From positions 4,588,001 to 4,652,000 of the forward strand of contig JASTWF010000034.1 of the NCBI GenBank assembly GCA_030390025.1: 64,000 bases of DNA, read 5' to 3'. The notes under the pieces were generated by a model that ran no database searches, had not been told where the DNA came from, and was given only the letters and a program-made list of their open reading frames with translations. Source of the stretch: Squalus acanthias (taxonomy: Eukaryota). This document shows positions 1 to 14,202 of the stretch, in pieces (position 1 is the stretch's first letter; every line of letters starts with the position of its first letter). A program made the translations under genes and the position numbers.

Positions 1-148
1 CTCTCTATCTAACCTTTGCTGAAACTGCCCTGGGAGTGTTTGATGGGACAGTGCTGAGGGAGATTTACACTGTGTCTAAGTCGTGTTGTGCCTGTCCTGG
101 GAGAGTTTGATGGGGCAGAGTTGGGGTAGATTTACTCTGCCTCTGACC
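1..148 (+). repeat. Degenerate copies of a ~64-bp tandem repeat (ccctgggagtgtttgatgggacagtg...tttactctg); same family reversed at 57285-57425
   Basis: Two imperfect direct copies of 'cctgggag-gtttgatggg-cag' are visible; the reverse complement occurs at ~57300-57420. Confidence 0.6.
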
Positions 149-149
149 T

Positions 150-775
150 ATTCTGCCCAATTGGTTTGTGCCGGTGTTTATTCCCCACACAAGCCTCCTC
201 TCAACCCTCTTCATCTAATTCTATTAGCATAACCTTATATTCTTTCCCCCTCATGTGTTTATCGAGCTTCTCCTTAAATGCATCTGTACTATCCGCCTCC
301 ACTACTCCCTGTGGTAGCGAGTTCCACATTCTCACCTCTCTTTGGGTGAAGAATTTCTCCTGAATTCTCCATTGGATTTATTAGTGACTATCTTATATTG
401 ATGATCTCCAGTTTTGGGCTCCCACAAGTGGAAACATTTTCTCCACGACCACCCTTTATAACCTTCTCATAATCTTAAAGACCTCTATCTGGTCATCCAT
501 CAGCATTCTCTTTCTTCAAGAGAAAAGAGACCCAGCCTGTTCAGCGTTTCCTGATAAGTATATCCTCTCAGTTCTAGGATCATCCTTACAAATCTCCTTC
601 TCCAGTGCCTCTATATTAAGAACATAAGAAATACGAGCAGGTTTAAGCCATTGGGCCCCTCGTAATAATATGGAGACCAGAGCTTTTCACAGTACTCCAA
701 GTATGATCTAACCCAGGGTCAGTACAAGTTTAACATAACCTCCCTGCTTTGCAATTCTATCCCTCTGGAAATACC
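150..775 (-). mobile_element. CR1-type LINE 3' fragment (ORF2 C-terminus), with a short nested CR1 3' stub at ~617-662
   Basis: Reverse strand matches the CR1 ORF2 C-terminal motifs (FFTQRxVxxWNSLP; LEYC; ISRGIE) seen in other copies in the window. Confidence 0.8.
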
Positions 776-3700
776 CCACGCCCCTCACTGTAACACTTTG
801 TGATATATTCTATTTCCCTCGCTGTAACACACTGATATACCCGACACCCCTCAATGTAACACACTGATATAACCCCAGACCCCTGACTGTAACACTCTGT
901 TATACACCACACCCCTCACTGTAACACTCTGATATGCCCAACACCGGTCATTGCATTACTCTGATGTACCCTACACCCGTAACTGTAGCACTCTGATGCA
1001 AACCCACTCCCCTGACTACAACACTCTGATATACCCCACACATGCCTTCGTGTAACACACCGATATAACCCACACCCCTTATGGTAACAGTCTGATATAC
1101 GCCGCTCCCCTCAATTTAACACTCTGATATACCTCACACACCTCATTAACACTCTGATATACCCCATAATTTAATCCTCTCTTACATATTTCAAACCTCT
1201 CACTGTAACAGACCGATATACCCCACTCACATCCCTTTAACACTCTGATATACCCCACACCATTCACTTAAATTCTCTTACATATTCCAAACCTCTCACT
1301 GCAACAGACCGATATACCCAACTCCCCTCCCTTTAACACTCTGATATACCCCACAACCCTTGCTGTAACAATTTGATGTACCCCACACCCATCACTGTAA
1401 TAATCTGATATACCCCACACCCATCACTGTAATAATCTGATATACCCCACACCCCTCACTATATCACTCTGATATAAACCACACCCCTCACTGTAACACT
1501 CTGATATACCCCACACTCATGATTATAACACTCTCTTACATACCCCAAGGAAGGCAAATGGTATGCTGGCCTTCATTACAAGAGGATTTGAGTACAGGAG
1601 TAAACAGGTCTTAATCCCTTGATATCGGACCTTGGTGAGACCGCACCTGGAGTACTGTTAACAATTTTGGTTTCCTTACCTTATTAAATAAATATTTGCC
1701 ATAGAGGGAGTGCAACGAAGGTTCACGAGATTGATTCCTGGGAAGGCGGATCTGTCGTATGAGAACTGATTGAGTAAACTAGGCCTGTATTCTCTTGAAT
1801 TCAGAAGAATGAGTGGGGATTTCATTGAAGCATAAACAATTATTACAGGGCTTGATAGTTTGGATGCTGGGAGAATGTTTCCCTTGGCTGGGGAGTCTAG
1901 AACCAGGGGCCACAGCCTCATGATAAAGGGTAGGCCATTGAGGACTGAGATGAGAATCATAGAAACATAGAAGATAGGAGCAGGAGTAGGCCATTCGGCC
2001 CCTCGAGCCTGCTCCGCCATTCAATGCGATCATGGCTGATCCTCCAAATTCAGAACCCTGTCCCTGGTTTCTCCCCATATCCCTTGATCCCCTTAGACTT
2101 AAGAAATATATCTAACTCTAATAAAGATATTTCTTCACACAGAGGGTGGTGAATCTTTGGAATTCTCTACCCCAGAGGGCTGTGGAGGCTCAGTCATTGG
2201 GTATATTCAAAACAGAAGTCGATAGATTTCTGACTACTAAGGGCATCAAGAGATATCGAGATAAGGCCGGTGAATGGAATTGAGGCAGAAAATCAGCCAT
2301 GATCTCATTGAATGGCGGAGCAGGCTCAAGGGGCCGAATGGCCTACTCCTGCTCCTATTTCTTACGTTATGTTCTTAAACCTCTCATTGTAACACATCGT
2401 TTTACCCCACACCCCTCACTGTAACACTCTGATATACTCCATACCCCTCACTGTAACACTCTGATATACCCAACACCCCTCAATGTAAAACACTCTGATA
2501 TACTCCATACCCCTCACTGTAACACTTCATATACTCCACACCCCTAACTGTAACACTCTCTGATATACTCCATACCCCTCACTGTAACACTCTCTGATAT
2601 ACCCAACACCCCTCAATGTAAAACACTCTGATATACTCCATACCCCTCTCTGTAACACACCGTTTTACCCCACACCCTTCACTGTAACACTCTCTGATAT
2701 ACTCCATACCCCTCACTGAAACACTCTCTGATATACTCCATACCCCTCACTGTAACACTCTCTGATATACTCCACACCCCTCACTGTAACACTCTCTGAT
2801 ATACCCCACACCCTTCACTGTAACACTCTCTGATATACCCCACACCTCTCACTGTAACACTCTCTGATATTCTCCATACCCCTCACTGTAACACACTGAT
2901 ATACTCCACACCCCTCACTGTAACACTCTGTTATACACCACACCTCTCACTGTAACACTCTGATATACCCAACACCGCTCATTGTATTACTCGGATGTAC
3001 CCCACACCCCTCACGGTAGCACTTTGATGTAAACCCACTCCCCTGACTACAACACTCTGATATACCCACACACCCCTCACTGTAAATATCTATATACCCA
3101 ACACCCCTTACTGTAACACTCTGATATAAACCCACACCCCTGACTATAACACTCTGATATACCCCACACACCCCTCACTGTAAATATCTATATACCCAAC
3201 ACCCCTTACTGTAACACTCTGATATAAACCCACACCCCTGACTATAACACTCTGATATACCCCACACACCCCTCACTGTAAATATCTATATACCCAACAC
3301 CCCTGACTATAACACTCTGATATCAACCCACACATCCCTTACAGTAACACACTGATATACCTCACACACCTCTCTGTACCACTCTGATAAACCCCTTAAT
3401 TTAATCCTCTTATATATTACAAACCTCTCACTGTAACAGACCGATATACCCCGCTGACCTCACTTTAACACTCTTATATATCCCACATGCCTCACTCTAA
3501 TGCTCTGATATACCGCACACATCTTGCTGTAACACTTTGATATACCCAAAAACCATCAATGTAACACTTTGATATACCCCACACCGCTCGCTGTAAAGCT
3601 GTGATTTAGCCGTCACCTCTCACTGTAATACTCTGATGTATCCCACATCCTTCACATCAACACTCTGATATACCCCACACACCTCACTGTAACACTCTGA

Positions 3701-6700
3701 TAAACCCCACACCCCTCACTGTAACACTCTGATATACCCCACACACCTCACGGTAACACTCTGATAAACCCCACACCCCTCACTGTAACACTCTGATATA
3801 CCCCACACCCCTCACTGTAACACACTGATATACCCCACATACCTCACTGTAACACTCTGATAAACCCCACACCCCTCACTGTAACACTCTGATATACCCC
3901 ACACACCTCACTGTAACACTCTGATAAACCCCACACCCCTCACTGTAACACTCTGATATACCCCACACCCCTCACAGTAACACTCTGATATACCCCACAC
4001 CCCTCACTGTAACACTCTGATAAACCCCACACCCCTCACTGTAACACTCTGATGTACCCCACACACCTCACTGTAACACTCTGATAAACCCCACACACCT
4101 CACTGTAACACTCTGATATACCCCACACCCCTCACTGTAACTCTCTGATAAACCCCACACCCCTCACTGTAACTCTCTGATAAACCCCACACCCCTCGCT
4201 GTAACACGCTGATATACCCCACACCCCTCACTGTAACACACTGATAAACCCCACACCCCTCACTGTAACTCTCTGATAAACCCCACATCCCTCACTGTAA
4301 CTCTCTGATAAACCCCACAAGCCTCGCTGTAACACACTGATATACCCCACACCACTCACTGTAACACACTGATATACCCCACACCCCTCACTGTAACTCT
4401 CTGATATACCCCACACCCCTCACTGCAACACACTGATATACCCCACACCCCTCACTGTAACACTCTGATATACCCCACACCCCTCACTGCAACATGCTGA
4501 TAAACCCCACACACCTCACTGTAACACTCTGATATACCCCACACCCCTCACTGCAACACTCTGATAAACCCCACACCCCTCACTGCAACACACTGATATA
4601 CTCCACACCCCTCACTGTAACACTCTGATATACTCCACACCCATCACTGCAACACACTGATATACTCCACACCCCTCACTGTAACACTCTGATATACCCC
4701 ACACACCTCACTGCACATACTGATAAACCCCACACCCCTCACTGTAACACTCTGATATACCCCACACCCCTCACTGTAACACTATGATATTCCCCACACC
4801 CCTCACTGCAACATGCTGATAAACCCCACACACCTCACTGCAACACACTGATATACTCCACACCCCTCACCGTAACACTATGATATTCCCCACACCCCTC
4901 ACTGCAACATGCTGATAAACCCCACACACCTCACTGTAACACTCTGATAAACCCCACACACCTCACTGTAACACTCTGATATACCCCACACACCTCACTG
5001 TAACACTATGATATTCCCCACACCCCTCACTGCAACATGCTGATAAACCCCACACCCCTCACTGTAACTGATATACCCCACACCCCTCACTGTAACACAC
5101 TGATATTCCCCACACCCCTCACTGCAACATGCTGATAAACCCCACACCCCTCACTGTAACTCTGATATACCCCACACCCCTCACTGTAACACTGATATTC
5201 CCCACACCCCTCACTGCAACATGCTGATAAACCCCACACCCCTCACTGTAACTCTCTGATATACCCCACACCTCACTGCACATGCTGATATACCCCACAC
5301 CCCTCAATGCAACACACTGATATACCCCACACCCCTCACTGTAACACTATGATATTCCCCACGCCCCTCACTGCAACATGCTGATAAACCCCACACACCT
5401 CACTGTAACACTCTGATAAACCCCACACACCTCACTGTAACACTCTGATAAACCCCACACCCCTCACGGTAACACTATGATATTCCCCACACCCCTCACT
5501 GTAACTCTCTGATAAACCCCACACCCCTCACTGTCACTCTCTGATATACCCCACACCCCTCACTGTAACATGCTGATAAACCTCACACCCCTCACTGTAA
5601 CACTCTGATATACCCCACACCCCTCACTGTAACACTCTGATAAACCCCACACCCCTCACTGTAACACTCTGATATACCCCACACCCCTCACTGTAACACA
5701 CTGATATACTCCACACCCCTCACTGTAACACACTGATGAACCCCACACCCCTCACTGTAACACACTGATATACCCCACACCCCTCACTGTAACACACTGA
5801 TATACCCCACACCCCTCACGGTAACACTCTGATATACCCCACACCCCTCACTGTAACACACTGATAAACCCCACACTCCTCACTGTAACACTCTGATAAA
5901 CCCCACACCCCTCACTGTAACACTCTGATAAACCCCACACCCCTCACTGTAACACTCTGATATACCCCACACCCCTCACTGCAACACTATGATAAACCCC
6001 ACACCCCTCACTGTAACACTATGATAAACCCCACACCCCTCACTGTAACACTCTGATATACCACACACCCCTCACTGTAACACTCTGATATACCCCACAC
6101 CCCTCACTGTAACACTCTGATATACCCCACACCCCTCACTGCAACACTTTGATAAACCCCACACCCCTCACTGCAACACTATGATAAACCCCACACCCCT
6201 CACTGTAACACACTGATATACCCCACACCCCTCACTGTAACACTCTGATATACCCCACACCCCTCACTGCAACATGCTGATAAACCCCACACCCCTCACT
6301 GTAACACTCTGATAAACCCCACACCCCTCGCTGTAGCACTCTGATATACCCCACACCCCTCACTGTAACACACTGATATACCCCACACCCCTCACTGCAA
6401 CATGCTGATAAACCCCACACCCCTCACTGTAACACTCTGATATACCCCACACCCCTCACTGTAACACTCTGATATACCCCACACCCCTCACTGTAACACT
6501 CTGATAAACCCCACACCCCTCACTGTAACACTGTGATATACCCCACACCCCTCACTGCAACATGCTAATATACCCCACACCCCTCACTGTAACACTCTGA
6601 TAAACCCCACACCCCTCACTAACACGCTGATAAACCCCACACCCCTCACTGTAACACGCTGATATACCCCACACCCCTCACTGTAACACACTGATATACA

Positions 6701-9700
6701 CCACACACCTCACTGTAACACTCTGATATACCCACACCCCTCACTGCAACACACTGATATACCCCACACCCCTCACTGTAACACACTGATATACCCCACA
6801 ACCCTCGCTGTAACACTCTGATATACACCACACCCCTCACTGTAACACTCTGATATGCTGCACACCCCTCACTGTAACACTCTGATATACCCCACACCCC
6901 TCACTGTAACACTCTGATATGCTGCACACCCCTCACTGTAATACTCTGATATACCCCACACCCATCACTGCAACACTCTGATAAACCCCACACCCCTCAC
7001 TGCAACACACTGATATACTCCACACCCCTCACTGTAACACTCTGATATACCCCACACCCCTCACTGCAACACACTGATATACTCCACACCCCTCACTGTA
7101 ACACTCTGATATACCCCACACACCTCACTGCAACACACTGATATACTCCCCACCCCTCACTGTAACACTCTGATATACCCCGCACCCCTCACTGCAACAC
7201 ACTGATATACTCCACACCCCTCACGGTAACACTATGATATTCCCCACACCCCTCACTGCAACATGCTGATAAACCCCACACCCCTCACTGCAACACGCTG
7301 ATAAACCCCACACACCTCACTGCAACACTATGATATTCCCCACACCCCTCACTGCAACATGCTGATAAACCCCACACACCTCACTGTAACACTCTGATAA
7401 ACCCCACACACCTCACTGTAACACTCTGATAAACCACACACCCCTCACTGTAACACTCTGATATACCCCACACACCTCACTGTAACACACTGATAAACCC
7501 CACACCCCTCACTGTAACACTCTGATATACCCCTCACACCTCACTGTAACACTCTGATAAACCCCACACACCTCACTGTAACACTCTGATAAACCCCACA
7601 CCCCTCACTGTAACACTATGATATTCCCCACACCCCTCACTGTAACACTCTGATATACCCCACACACCTCACTGTAACACTATGATATTCCCCACACCCC
7701 TCACTGCAACATGCTGATAAACCCCACACCCCTCACTGTAACTCTGATATACCCCACACCCCTCACTGTAACACACTGATATTCCCCACACCCCTCACTG
7801 CAACATGCTGATAAACCCCACACCCCTCACTGTAACTCTGATAAACCCCACACCCCTCACTGTAACACTGATATACCCCACACCCCTCACTGTAACACTC
7901 TGATATTCCCCACACCCCTCACTGTAACACTATGATATTCCCCACACCCCTCACTGCAACATGCTGATAAACCCCACACACCTCACTGTAACACACTGAT
8001 ATACCCCACACCCCTCACTGTAACACTATGATATTCCCCACACCCCTCACTGCAACATGCTGATAAACCCCACACACCTCACTGTAACACTCTGATAAAC
8101 CCCACACACCTCACTGTAACACTCTGATAAACCCCACACCCCTCACGGTAACACTATGATATTCCCCACACCCCTCACTGTAACTCTCTGATATACCCCA
8201 CACCCCTCACTGTAACATGCTGATAAACCCCACACACCTCACTGTAACACACTGATATACCCCACACCCCTCACTGTAACACTATGATATTCCCCACACC
8301 CCTCACTGCAACATGCTGATAAACCCCACACACCTCACTGTAACACTCTGATAAACCCCACACACCTCACTGTAACACTCTGATAAACCCCACACCCCTC
8401 ACGGTAACACTATGATATTCCCCACACCCCTCACTGTAACTCTCTGATATACCCCACACCCCTCACTGTAACATGCTGATAAACCTCACACCCCTCACTG
8501 TAACACTCTGATAAACCCCACACCCCTCACTGTAACTCTCTGATATACCCCACACCCCTCACTGTAACATGCTGATAAACCTCACACCCCTCACTGTAAC
8601 ACTCTGATATACCCCACACCCCTCACTGTAACACTCTGATAAACCCCACACCCCTCACTGTAACACTCTGATATACCCCACACCCCTCACTGTAACACAC
8701 TGATATACTCCACACCCCTCACTGTAACACACTGATAAACCCCACACCACTCACTGTAACACACTGATATACCCCACACCCCTCACGGTAACACTCTGAT
8801 ATACCCCACACCCCTCACTGTAACACACTGATAAACCCCACACTCCTCACTGTAACACTCTGATAAACCCCACACCCCTCACTGTAACACTCTGATAAAC
8901 CCCACACCCCTCACTGTAACACTCTGATAAACCCCACACCCCTCACTGTAACACTCTGATATACCCCACACCCCTCACTGCAACACTATGATAAACCCCA
9001 CACCCCTCACTGTAACACTCTGATATACCCCACACCCCTCACTGTAACACTCTGATATACCCCACACCCCTCACTGTAACACACTGATATACCCCACACC
9101 CCTCACTGCAACACTATGATAAACCCCACACCCCTCACTGTAACACTCTGATAAACCCCACACCCCTCACTGCAACACTCTGATAAACCCCACACCCCTC
9201 ACTGTAACACACTGATATACCCCACACCTCTCACTGTAACACTCTGATATACCACACACCCCTCACTGTAACACTCTGATATACCCCACACCCCTCACTG
9301 CAACACGCTGATATACCCCACACCCCTCACTGTAACACACTGATATACCCCACACACCTCACTGTAACTCTCTGATAAACCCCACACCCCTCACTGCAAC
9401 ACGCTGATAAACCACACACCCCTCACTGTAACACACTGATATACCCCACACACCTCACTGTAACACTCTGATAAACCCCACACCCCTCACTGTAACACAC
9501 TGATATACCCCACACACCTCACTGTAACACTCTGATAAACCCCACACCCCTCACTGTAACACTGATATACACCACACACCTCACTGTAACACTGTGATAA
9601 ACCCCACACCCCTCACTGTAACACTCTGATAAACCCCACACCCCTCACTGTAACACACTGATATACACCACACACCTCACTGTAACACACTGATATATCC

Positions 9701-12700
9701 CACACCCCTCACTGTAACACTCTGATAAACCCCACACCCCTCACTGTAACACTCTGATAAACCCCACACCCTCACTGTAACACACTGATATACCCCACAC
9801 CCCTCACTGCAACATGCTGATAAACCCCACACCCCTCACTGTAACACACTGATATACCCCACACACCTCACTGTAACACTCTGATAACCCACACCCTCAC
9901 TGTAACACTCTGATAAACCCACACCCCTCACTGTAACACTCTGATATACCCCACACACCTCACTGTAACACACTGATAAACCCCACACCCCTCACTGTAA
10001 CACTCTGATATACCCCTCACACCTCACTGTAACACTCTGATAAACCCCACACACCTCACTGTAACACTCTGATAAACCCCACACCCCTCACTGTAACACT
10101 ATGATATTCCCCACACCCCTCACTGTAACACTCTGATATACCCCACACACCTCACTGTAACACTATGATATTCCCCACACCCCTCACTGCAACATGCTGA
10201 TAAACCCCACACCCCTCACTGTAACTCTGATATACCCCACACCCCTCACTGTAACACACTGATATTCCCCACACCCCTCACTGCAACATGCTGATAAACC
10301 CCACACCCCTCACTGTAACTCTGATATACCCCACACCCCTCACTGTAACACTGATATACCCCACACCCCTCACTGTAACACTCTGATATTCCCCACACCC
10401 CTCACTGTAACACTATGATATTCCCCACACCCCTCACTGCAACATGCTGATAAACCCCACACACCTCACTGTAACACACTGATATACCCCACACCCCTCA
10501 CTGTAACACTATGATATTCCCCACACCCCTCACTGCAACATGCTGATAAACCCCACACACCTCACTGTAACACTCTGATAAACCCCACACACCTCACTGT
10601 AACACTCTGATAAACCCCACACCCCTCACGGTAACACTATGATATTCCCCACACCCCTCACTGTAACTCTCTGATATACCCCACACCCCTCACTGTAACA
10701 TGCTGATAAACCTCACACCCCTCACTGTAACACTCTGATAAACCCCACACCCCTCACTGTAACTCTCTGATATACCCCACACCCCTCACTGTAACATGCT
10801 GATAAACCTCACACCCCTCACTGTAACACTCTGATATACCCCACACCCCTCACTGTAACACTCTGATAAACCCCACACCCCTCACTGTAACACTCTGATA
10901 TACCCCACACCCCTCACTGTAACACACTGATATACTCCACACCCCTCACTGTAACACACTGATAAACCCCACACCACTCACTGTAACACACTGATATACC
11001 CCACACCCCTCACGGTAACACTCTGATATACCCCACACCCCTCACTGTAACACACTGATAAACCCCACACTCCTCACTGTAACACTCTGATAAACCCCAC
11101 ACCCCTCACTGTAACACTCTGATAAACCCCACACCCCTCACTGTAACACTCTGATAAACCCCACACCCCTCACTGTAACACTCTGATATACCCCACACCC
11201 CTCACTGCAACACTATGATAAACCCCACACCCCTCACTGTAACACTCTGATATACCCCACACCCCTCACTGTAACACTCTGATATACCCCACACCCCTCA
11301 CTGTAACACACTGATATACCCCACACCCCTCACTGCAACACTATGATAAACCCCACACCCCTCACTGTAACACTCTGATAAACCCCACACCCCTCACTGC
11401 AACACTCTGATAAACCCCACACCCCTCACTGTAACACACTGATATACCCCACACCTCTCACTGTAACACACTGATATACCCCACACCCCTCACTGTAACA
11501 CTCTGATATTCCCCACACCCCTCACTGCAACATGCTGATAAACCCAACACCCCTCACTGTAACACACTGATATACCCCACACCCCTCACTGTAACACTCT
11601 GATATACCCCACACCCCTCACTGCAACACTCTGATATACCCCACACCCCTCACTGCAACATGCTGATAAACCCCACACCCCTCACTGTAGCACTCTGATA
11701 TACACCACACACCTCACTGTAACACTCTGATATACCACACACCCCTCACTGTAACACTCTGATATACCCCACACCCCTCACTGCAACACGCTGATATACC
11801 CCACACCCCTCACTGTAACACACTGATATACCCCACACACCTCACTGTAACTCTCTGATAAACCCCACACCCCTCACTGCAACACGCTGATAAACCACAC
11901 ACCCCTCACTGTAACACACTGATATACCCCACACACCTCACTGTAACACTCTGATAAACCCCACACCCCTCACTGTAACACACTGATATACCCCACACAC
12001 CTCACTGTAACACTCTGATAAACCCCACACCCCTCACTGTAACACTGATATACACCACACACCTCACTGTAACACTGTGATAAACCCCACACCCCTCACT
12101 GTAACACTCTGATAAACCCCACACCCCTCACTGTAACACACTGATATACACCACACACCTCACTGTAACACACTGATATATCCCACACCCCTCACTGTAA
12201 CACTCTGATAAACCCCACACCCCTCACTGTAACACTCTGATAAACCCCACACCCCTCACTGTAACACACTGATATACCCCACACCCCTCACTGCAACATG
12301 CTGATAAACCCCACACCCCTCACTGTAACACACTGATATACCCCACACCCCTCACTGTAACACACTGATATACCCCACACCCCTCATTGTAACACTCTGA
12401 TATGCTGCACACCCCTCACTGTAATACTCTGATAAACCCCACTCCCCTCACTGTAACACACTGATGTACCCCACACCCCTCACTGTAACTCTCTGATATG
12501 CTGCACACCCCTCACTGTAACACTCTGATATACCCCACACCCCTCACTGTAACACTCTGATACACGCCAGACACCTCACTGTAACACTCTGATATACCCC
12601 ACACCCCTCACTGTAACACTCTGATATACACCACACCCCTCACTGTAACACTCTGATATGCTGCACACCCCTCACTGTAACACTCTGATATACCCAACAC

Positions 12701-12870
12701 CCCTCACTGTAACTCTCTGATATACCCCACACCCCTCACTGTAATACTCTGATATACCCCACACCCCTCACTGTAACACTCTGATATTCCCCACACCCCT
12801 CACTGTAACACTCTGATAAACCCCACACCCCTCACTGCAACACTCTGATATTCCCCACACCACTCACTGT
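772..12870. repeat. ~12-kb satellite of a 32-bp unit (ccccacacccctcactgtaacactctgatata), interrupted by a CR1 insertion at 1548-2377
   Basis: Hundreds of head-to-tail 32-bp units; more degenerate at 772-3660, homogeneous from 3660 onward. Confidence 0.97.
1548..2377 (+). mobile_element. 5'-truncated CR1 LINE 3' end inserted in the satellite, with a nested antisense CR1 3' stub at ~1958-2120
   Basis: KANGMLAFITRGFEYRS, VRPHLEYC and FFTQRVVNLWNSLP motifs; ends in gggccgaatggcctactcctgctcctatttct tail. Confidence 0.9.
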
Positions 12871-13124
12871 TGTCACTGCCACTTTAATCCCATGGGCTTC
12901 AATTTTGGTAATATGTGATCCTTTATTAAGCACCTTTTGTAGTGATTGGGAAAGTGTGAGTAGTATCAATCATACAACGATAGAATTGGAGATCCAAGTG
13001 GTGTTGACAATTTGTTTAGCGTACTTGACGCCCCGCTCTGATCACAGGCCTCATCTGGTTTCAATCAATGAATTATAAAATCATTGATTTTAATCCTATT
13101 TTATTATTTCTATGTATTTGTTAT

Positions 13125-13307
13125 CAGGCTTGGCGTGACTCTGTCAAGGTTGGTATCACTTGCCCATTCCTAGTTACCCATGAGAAAATGGTGGGCCTTC
13201 ATCTTGAGCCGCTACAGTCCGTGTGGTGAAGGTGCTCCCACAATACTGTTACTGAAGGATTTTCAAGCTTTTGACCCAGTGACGATGAAAGAACGGCGAT
13301 ATATTTG
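13125..13307 (-). mobile_element. 3' end of the second non-LTR family ('family B'; same as 32495-33318 and 46662-48215)
   Basis: Reverse complement matches the 3' UTR at 33120-33300 (gggtcaaaa...cacggactg-agcgg-tcaag). Confidence 0.7.
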
Positions 13308-13308
13308 A

Positions 13309-13892
13309 AGGGTAAGGTAGCATAGTGGTTATGTTGCTGGAATAGTAAACCAGATGACTGGACAAATGATCCAGATACATGTGTTCAAATCCGAAAAGCT
13401 GGGCGAATTTAAATTCAATTAATTAAACAAATCTGGAATGAAAAGCTTATGTCAATAAGGGTGACCATGAAAGCAGACAAGATAAGATTAACTGTAGTCA
13501 TCTGGCTGTGTTCTCTGACTATATATGCATCTCTTCACTAAACCTGACGAAGGAGCAGCGCTCCGAAAGCTTGTGACTTCAAATAAATCTGTTGGACTAT
13601 AACCTGGTATTGTGCGACTTCTCACATTTGTCCACCCCAGTCCAACACCGGCATCTCCACATCATGAAAGTACCGGATTGTCGTAAAGTTCCACCTGGTT
13701 CACTAATGGCCTATCGGGAGAGAAATCTGCTGCCCTTACCTGGTCTGGCTGAAATGTAAATCCAGACCCACTGCAATGTGGTTGACTCTGAAATGGCCCA
13801 GCAAGACATTCACTTGTCTCAAGCGGCTCCACACCACCTGCTGATGGGAAATAAATGCTGGCCTTGTCAGCGGTGCCCACATCCCAAGAATT
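13309..13892 (+). mobile_element. tRNA-derived SINE whose 3' tail is shared with family-B LINE; interrupted by a Penelope-like fragment
   Basis: A-box-like tagcatagtgg and B-box-like gttcaaatcc; tail ataaatgctggccttgtcagcggtgcccacatccc matches the LINE ends at 33268-33302 and 48161-48190. Confidence 0.7.
13474..13662 (+). mobile_element. Penelope-like element 3' fragment with minimal hammerhead-ribozyme core, 8-bp TSD (catgaaag)
   Basis: CTGACGA-A-ggagc-agc-gctcc-GAAA at 13544-13568; catgaaag at 13466-13473 and 13663-13670. Confidence 0.7.
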
Positions 13893-14202
13893 AGTTATAA
13901 AAATGATTTATTACGTGTCATAATGATTGAAAAAGCGTCATAATGTTTTATTAATGGTCATATTGATTTATAAAGGGTTATAAAAGATCTGTAAAGTGGT
14001 GTAATGATTTTAAAGTGTTATAATGACTAATAAAGTCCTGGTGCCGGGCCATCTCCTCCCCGGGCTGGGCTGCTCGGGGTCCTGTGGGCCGGGCCGGGCC
14101 AGGCTGCTCCGCCTCGCCGCCCGCTCTCACAGTAACCGGGACTCCAACTGCTCCCGCCATCCGGACACTCGACTCCCGCCGCCAGGGAAAGAGTCCGAGT
14201 GA

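Noticed and set aside
772..12870. 32-bp repeats as a CRISPR array, and their ORFs (VTVRGVG...) as genes
   Set aside because: Units are head-to-tail with no unique spacers, there are no cas genes, and the context is vertebrate; the ORFs are by-products of the repeat
13309..13395. tRNA gene (also 29703-29780)
   Set aside because: A/B-box-like motifs are SINE heads; no intact cloverleaf could be drawn
14125..14160. AVGVPV peptide resembling the GPCR TM1 junction as another GPCR exon
   Set aside because: Six-residue match only; no YYP motif, no donor, and it lies downstream of the core exon
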